From: the human T2T-CHM13v2.0 reference genome, Homo sapiens
Strand: one strand, 5' to 3'
NCBI RefSeq assembly: GCF_009914755.1
Contig: NC_060927.1
DNA length: 64,000 nucleotides
Shown: piece after piece, positions 1 to 64,000 of the stretch
Layout of the letters: every line of letters starts with the position of its first letter
Numbering within the stretch: the first letter of the stretch is position 1
Program-made: the position numbers and the translations under genes
Notes under the pieces: generated by a model
Told to the model about the DNA's origin: nothing
Database searches by the model: none
What the model saw: the letters and a program-made list of their open reading frames with translations, nothing else

Positions 1-714
1 GCATGCATCCTCACCCTGCTGCGTGCCGGTGTCTGCTGAGTAGACTCTGCTGAGACAGTCCTTCCTCAAGCAGACTCCGGCTAGTAGTAGACATGTGGTG
101 GCTCAGTGCTCTCAGCCTAGGGCTCCCCCTCTCTGAGTTCCACCTGTCCCAGGAAGGCACTAGCTTATCACAGGCATCCCCCATTGACTCCAAAGAGAAG
201 CTTGCAAGGGATAAGGTGGCACCATGGGCCAGAGTAACCCTGGGGCTCTGTTCCTGGGCCTGACCCATGAAGGTGGGAGAGGATACCAAGGGCCCAGATA
301 GTCCTGGGGAGGCTGGATGATCCTGGGCCTGGCCTGGCCGCTTTCTGTGTGCTTTGTTGCTGGATGGTGCCTGTGTGCCAGCTGGGCCTGCCCTCAAGTA
401 GCTCTCAACCCAGGAGGTGAGTCAGGCTTGGACGTGGATGGCCGTAACCTTGATGGAAGGGAAAAGGGCTAAGGCCACTCCCAGTGCTGTGGTCACTCTG
501 ACTTGGTGGGAGAGGGCACAGGGAAAGCTTCCTGGAGGAGATGGTCTAACCCAGGGGAAGCCGTGGACGAGACAGAGTCAGAAAGAGGCACTGCAGGTGG
601 GAGTGCCACGTGTGCAGGCTCCAGGGGTGCAGTGGAAGGGGGTCAGGCCAGGGACTTTGCAGATTGAGGTTTTCACCTGGTCCCCTGGGTTTCTAACCAC
701 TCTGGTCCCCTCAG

Positions 715-7740
<7,026 letters not shown>

Positions 7741-9630
7741 AAAGACCCTGGCACCCGCCCGACACCTGCGTGAGCCCTAGGATCCAGGTCCTCTCTCACC
7801 TCTGACCCAGCTCCATGCCAGAGCAGGAGCCCCGGTCAATTTTGGACTCTGCACCCCCTCTCCTCTTCAGGGGCCAGACTTGGCAGCATGTGCACCAGGT
7901 TGGTGTTCACCAGCTCATGTCTTCCCCACATCTCTTCTTGCCAGTAAGCAGCTTTGGTGGGCAGCAGCAGCTCATGAATGGCAAGCTGACAGCTTCTCCT
8001 GCTGTTTCCTTCCTCTCTTGGACTGAGTGGGTACGGCCAGCCACTCAGCCCATTGGCAGCTGACAACGCAGACACGCTCTACGGAGGCCTGCTGATAAAG
8101 GGCTCAGCCTTGCCGTGTGCTGCTTCTCATCACTGCACACAAGTGCCATGCTTTGCCACCACCACCAAGCACATCTGTGATCCTGAAGGGCGGCCGTTAG
8201 TCATTACTGCTGAGTCCTGGGTCACCAGCAGACACACTGGGCATGGACCCCTCAAAGCAGGCACACCCAAAACACAAGTCTGTGGCTAGAACCTGATGTG
8301 GTGTTTAAAAGAGAAGAAACACTGAAGATGTCCTGAGGAGAAAAGCTGGACATATACTGGGCTTCACACTTATCTTATGGCTTGGCAGAATCTTTGTAGT
8401 GTGTGGGATCTCTGAAGGCCCTATTTAAGTTTTTCTTCGTTACTTTGCTGCTTCATGTGTACTTTCCTACCCCAAGAGGAAGTTTTCTGAAATAAGATTT
8501 AAAAACAAAACAAAAAAAACACTTAATATTTCAGACTGTTACAGGAAACACCCTTTAGTCTGTCAGTTGAATTCAGAGCACTGAAAGGTGTTAAATTGGG
8601 GTATGTGGTTTGATTGATAAAAAGTTACCTCTCAGTATTTTGTGTCACTGAGAAGCTTTACAATGGATGCTTTTGAAACAAGTATCAGCAAAAGGATTTG
8701 TTTTCACTCTGGGAGGAGAGGGTGGAGAAAGCACTTGCTTTCATCCTCTGGCATCGGAAACTCCCCTATGCACTTGAAGATGGTTTAAAAGATTAAAGAA
8801 ACGATTAAGAGAAAAGGTTGGAAGCTTTATACTAAATGGGCTCCTTCATGGTGACGCCCCGTCAACCACAATCAAGAACTGAGGCCTGAGGCTGGTTGTA
8901 CAATGCCCACGCCTGCCTGGCTGCTTTCACCTGGGAGTGCTTTCGATGTGGGCACCTGGGCTTCCTAGGGCTGCTTCTGAGTGGTTCTTTCACGTGTTGT
9001 GTCCATAGCTTTAGTCTTCCTAAATAAGATCCACCCACACCTAAGTCACAGAATTTCTAAGTTCCCCAACTACTCTCACACCCTTTTAAAGATAAAGTAT
9101 GTTGTAACCAGGATGTCTTAAATGATTCTTTGTGTACCTTTTCTGTCATATTCAGAAACCGTTTTGTGCCTGCTGGGAGTAATTCCTTTAGCAATTAAGT
9201 ATTTGGTAGCTGAATAAGGGGTCAGAACTTCTGAAACCAGAGATCTGTAATCATCTCTATTGGCCTGGGGTGCCTGTGCTATAAATGAGTTTCTTCACAT
9301 GAAAAACACAGCCAGCCCAAGATGACTTATCTGGGTTTAGGATTCAATAGTATTCACTAACTGCTTATTACATGAGCAATTTCATCAAATCTCCAAACTC
9401 TTAAAGGATGCTTTCGGAAAACACGCTGTATACCTAGATGATGACTAAATGCAAAATCCTTGGGCTTTGGTTTTTTTCTAGTAAGGATTTTAAATAACTG
9501 CCGACTTCAAAAGTGTTCTTAAAACGAAAGATAATGTTAAGAAAAATTTGAAAGCTTTGGAAAACCAAATTTGTAATATCATTGTATTTTTTATTAAAAG
9601 TTTTGTAATAAATTTCTAAATTATCTTCTG
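7741..9630 (+). other. TMEM43: TMEM43 3' UTR (~1.9 kb; 3' end approximate)
   Basis: Follows the stop codon and ends shortly after the poly(A) signals. Confidence 0.8.
9593..9612 (+). terminator. TMEM43 polyadenylation signals
   Basis: ATTAAA 9593-9598 and AATAAA 9607-9612, followed by GT/T-rich sequence. Confidence 0.8.
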
Positions 9631-9929
9631 GTGTGGGACTTTAACAAACATCCTATTTTTAGTTTCAGATTTTTTTTTTTTTTGGCATTCTTTCCAAAAT
9701 GTCTGTAAAGAATTCAGCCATAGGATTTATTGAGAACTGAATTTTGTGGAAATCTGAGCTTTCAGTGCTTAAAATAAGTTAATTTTTTTTTAAGGGCAAC
9801 TCAGTATCTAGCACTCAGAAGTCCACACTGAAGCCCACTTTGTTTTGGCTTGATTTAAAGTGAATGACTCAGGCTTCATGCATCTTCAGAATGTGCTAGA
9901 AAAAGTGGAAGGGGCAGCAGTGTGCTCCA

Positions 9930-10130
9930 CTGCCAGAGGCATCCTGAGTTGACACGGGAGACCTGAGTTCTGAGCCAAAGATTGCTACATACTGGCTGTG
10001 ATGTTGGGTAAATCAACGATTTGAGTCTGTTCCCTCATCGGTACAATGGGAATAACACTTGTCCACCTCACAAGGTTGTTGTGAGGGCCAAATGAGACAA
10101 AGCCCATAGAATGCCTGACACATGAGGCAT
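9930..10130 (+). mobile_element. MIR SINE
   Basis: agacctgagttct...ctgttccctcatcggtacaatgggaataac...gttgttgtgagg. Confidence 0.65.
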
Positions 10131-10369
10131 TAATTTTTCATTCATTTTGCTTCCTGTTCTGAAAGGCGGCTGCTAACTGCCCACTCTGATGCTAGCAGTT
10201 TGCTTTATTTTTTACAAGCACGTGAGTGAGAACTTTCCCAAACCTACTCTTCTGTTTCTCAGAACCTACTGTTTCATTTAAATAATGCCTCCTTGTAGCT
10301 GACATATGCCTGAAGAAGTTATTTCTGCAGAGACATGGCAATGCCATCATCTCAAAACCCCAGAAAGAC

Positions 10370-10540
10370 AAGCGTGGTGGTGCATACCCATGGTCCCAGC
10401 TACTCAGGAGGCTGAGAGGATTGCTTGAGGCTGCAGTCAGCTGGGATCACACCACTAGCTGGGATCACACCACTGCACCCCAGCCTGGGCAAGAGTGGAA
10501 CCCTCCCTGTCTCAAAAAATAATTTAAAAAAAAAAATAAC
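10370..10540 (+). mobile_element. Old Alu monomer or arm with an internal 18-bp tandem duplication
   Basis: cccagctactcaggaggctgag...cagcctgggcaa...A-rich tail. Confidence 0.8.
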
Positions 10541-10596
10541 AGAAAACAAGTTGCCTCTATAGGAGGGCCGAGCTCTGGTGAGGAAGTGTGAGACCA

Positions 10597-10610
10597 GTTT
10601 CCATAGCAAC
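10597..10610. promoter_or_regulatory. RFX X-box motif
   Basis: GTTTCCATAGCAAC, close to consensus GTTNCCATGGNAAC; ETS-like GAGGAAGT at 10580-10587. Confidence 0.55.
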
Positions 10611-10883
10611 CCCAGTCTGTTTCTCAACAAGAGGTTCCAGCCAGCCTCTTGCCACATATGAGTCATAACTCAAGTGTTTTGTTTGTTTCCCTTGGATAAA
10701 AGTGACTCCGATTTTTAATGGCTCCTCTCAAAGATTAACATCTCTTCACTAAATACAGAAGAATTCCATATGTAATGAATTTCCAGCCTCCATGAAAACA
10801 AAATGGACTCTTTCATGCTGTCTCAACATATGAATACATTGCTCTGTCACCTGGGTGTTATTACCGACTTAAATCTGAAAGAA

Positions 10884-11065
10884 GCTGGGCACGGCAGTGG
10901 TGTGTGGGTGCCTGCAGTCCTGAGGAGCTGGGACTGTTTCCCGAACAATGCCTTTCCACCACACACGGTGGTTGTGAGGGCCAGCTGAGGCAAAGCCCTC
11001 AGGAAGACCACTCAAGCCCAGGAGTCCAGCCTGCGCAAGACAGTAAGACCCCTTAAAAAAAAAAA
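10884..11065 (+). mobile_element. FLAM/FAM-type Alu monomer with a foreign internal insert
   Basis: 13-bp TSD aaatctgaaagaa at 10871-10883 and 11066-11078; A tail. Confidence 0.75.
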
Positions 11066-11107
11066 AAATCTGAAAGAAAATATAGAGCCAAATCTTTAGA
11101 TAAATGC

Positions 11108-11113
11108 TTTATT
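11108..11113 (-). terminator. XPC polyadenylation signal
   Basis: TTTATT on + (AATAAA on -), ~780 nt past the XPC stop, with a U-rich tract downstream. Confidence 0.8.
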
Positions 11114-11888
11114 ATTTTCTCAAAATGTTATAAAAGTCATTTCTCCTTAGTACAGAGAGCTTTATACATTTTATCTAGTAATGAATACAATCTAGTTTAA
11201 CACTGATCTATTTTACTAACATTTCCTTAATTTTCAATTCGTATTTTTCCTTTTCTTTCCTGATTTTAGCTTTTTTTAGGCTTCTGTCACCACAAAATGT
11301 TACTTGGAAAACTAGATCCCAGCAGATGACCTGTACTTCTCTGCTCTCTCCCCTACTGCAAAGAGGCAGTGAGGGCAGCATTAGTAAGCCTGACTCAGGG
11401 GAAGGTAAGTGGCCTGCAGAGAAATGGTCCTAGGTCCGCAACCGAGGCGAGTGAACTTGTCGGACAGATGAAGACTCTAACTGGAAGAAACGATCAGCGC
11501 ATTCACGGATGCACCACCATCCAGAAATCTCCCGGTGGCTTCCATACAAAAACTGATGTTTCTAAAGATGGAAAGAACAGGTCTAGGAGGCAGAAGAGTA
11601 TCTCCTAGCAAAGTGTTCTGTAGCTCAAAGGGTGAGTGGGCTTTGGTAGCAAAAAGCTTTGAAGGCTTCACCCTGGGTGAATCTGACAAGGGCTGGAGCC
11701 AGACGGGACCTGCAGCACCTCCTCAGCTTGGCCTCGTCTCCCCTGACCCCGCCTCCGTGCATGCTGCCTCAGTTTGCCTTCTCAGCAGAGAAGCCCCCAC
11801 CACCAGGGGCTGGGCATGCCCAGGGCAGGTGTGGGGCCTGTAGTGGGGCAGCAGCAACTGGTGGGTGCCCCTCTAGTGGGCGCTCAGC

Positions 11889-44486
<32,598 letters not shown>

Positions 44487-44724
44487 CTAGAACGCCGGCC
44501 CCGCCCCGAGGCGGTGCGCTTGGCCACGCCCCTTCGTTGGAGGCCTAGTCACGCCCCTAAAGGAAGCTCCACCCCATACCCGTGGCCACTAAAAAACTGC
44601 GGGAAGCAGGAAAGAGCACAACAGGTTTCTCTCTATTTCCGGTGTATTGTATCCTCACGTTTCCGGAGATTGACGTTGCTCTTGTGTTCTCGCGAGAGGC
44701 GGGAAAGGGCGCAGGGTTTGAAAC

Positions 44725-63976
<19,252 letters not shown>

Positions 63977-64000
63977 AACAAAGAATTTGTCCTGTATGGA

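Noticed and set aside
11865-11880. CTCF-like motif CCACTAGAGGGGCAC in the XPC 3' UTR
   Set aside because: An extra G displaces the conserved C of the core; not supportable without ChIP data

Overview
Human genomic DNA, recognisable as the TMEM43-XPC-LSM3 locus (3p25.1). It holds the last five coding exons and 3' UTR of TMEM43 (+), the complete 16-exon XPC gene (-, 2823 nt, 940 aa), and all four coding exons of LSM3 (+, 102 aa). XPC and LSM3 lie head-to-head on a ~290-bp CpG-island promoter. TMEM43 and XPC lie tail-to-tail about 1.5 kb apart. Every splice junction I traced is GT-AG, and the joined exons read in frame. Introns are full of Alu, MIR, L1, L2, MaLR and DNA-transposon remnants; subfamily names come from recalled consensus sequences, not a search. 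The haplotype is XPC Lys939 / PAT- / c.2251-6C / Ala499. I do not see a convincing new biological system. The best leads are: (1) an RFX X-box plus a strongly defined plus-strand exon inside the XPC 3' UTR, suggesting an antisense or TMEM43 read-through NMD transcript; (2) four locally templated insertion or fold-back scars, two copied from ~0.9 kb away; (3) an Alu whose A-tail is replaced by a GGGAC/GGGAA repeat able to form G-quadruplexes; (4) inverted Alus around LSM3 exons 2-3, which would form a stop-free 207-nt circle.
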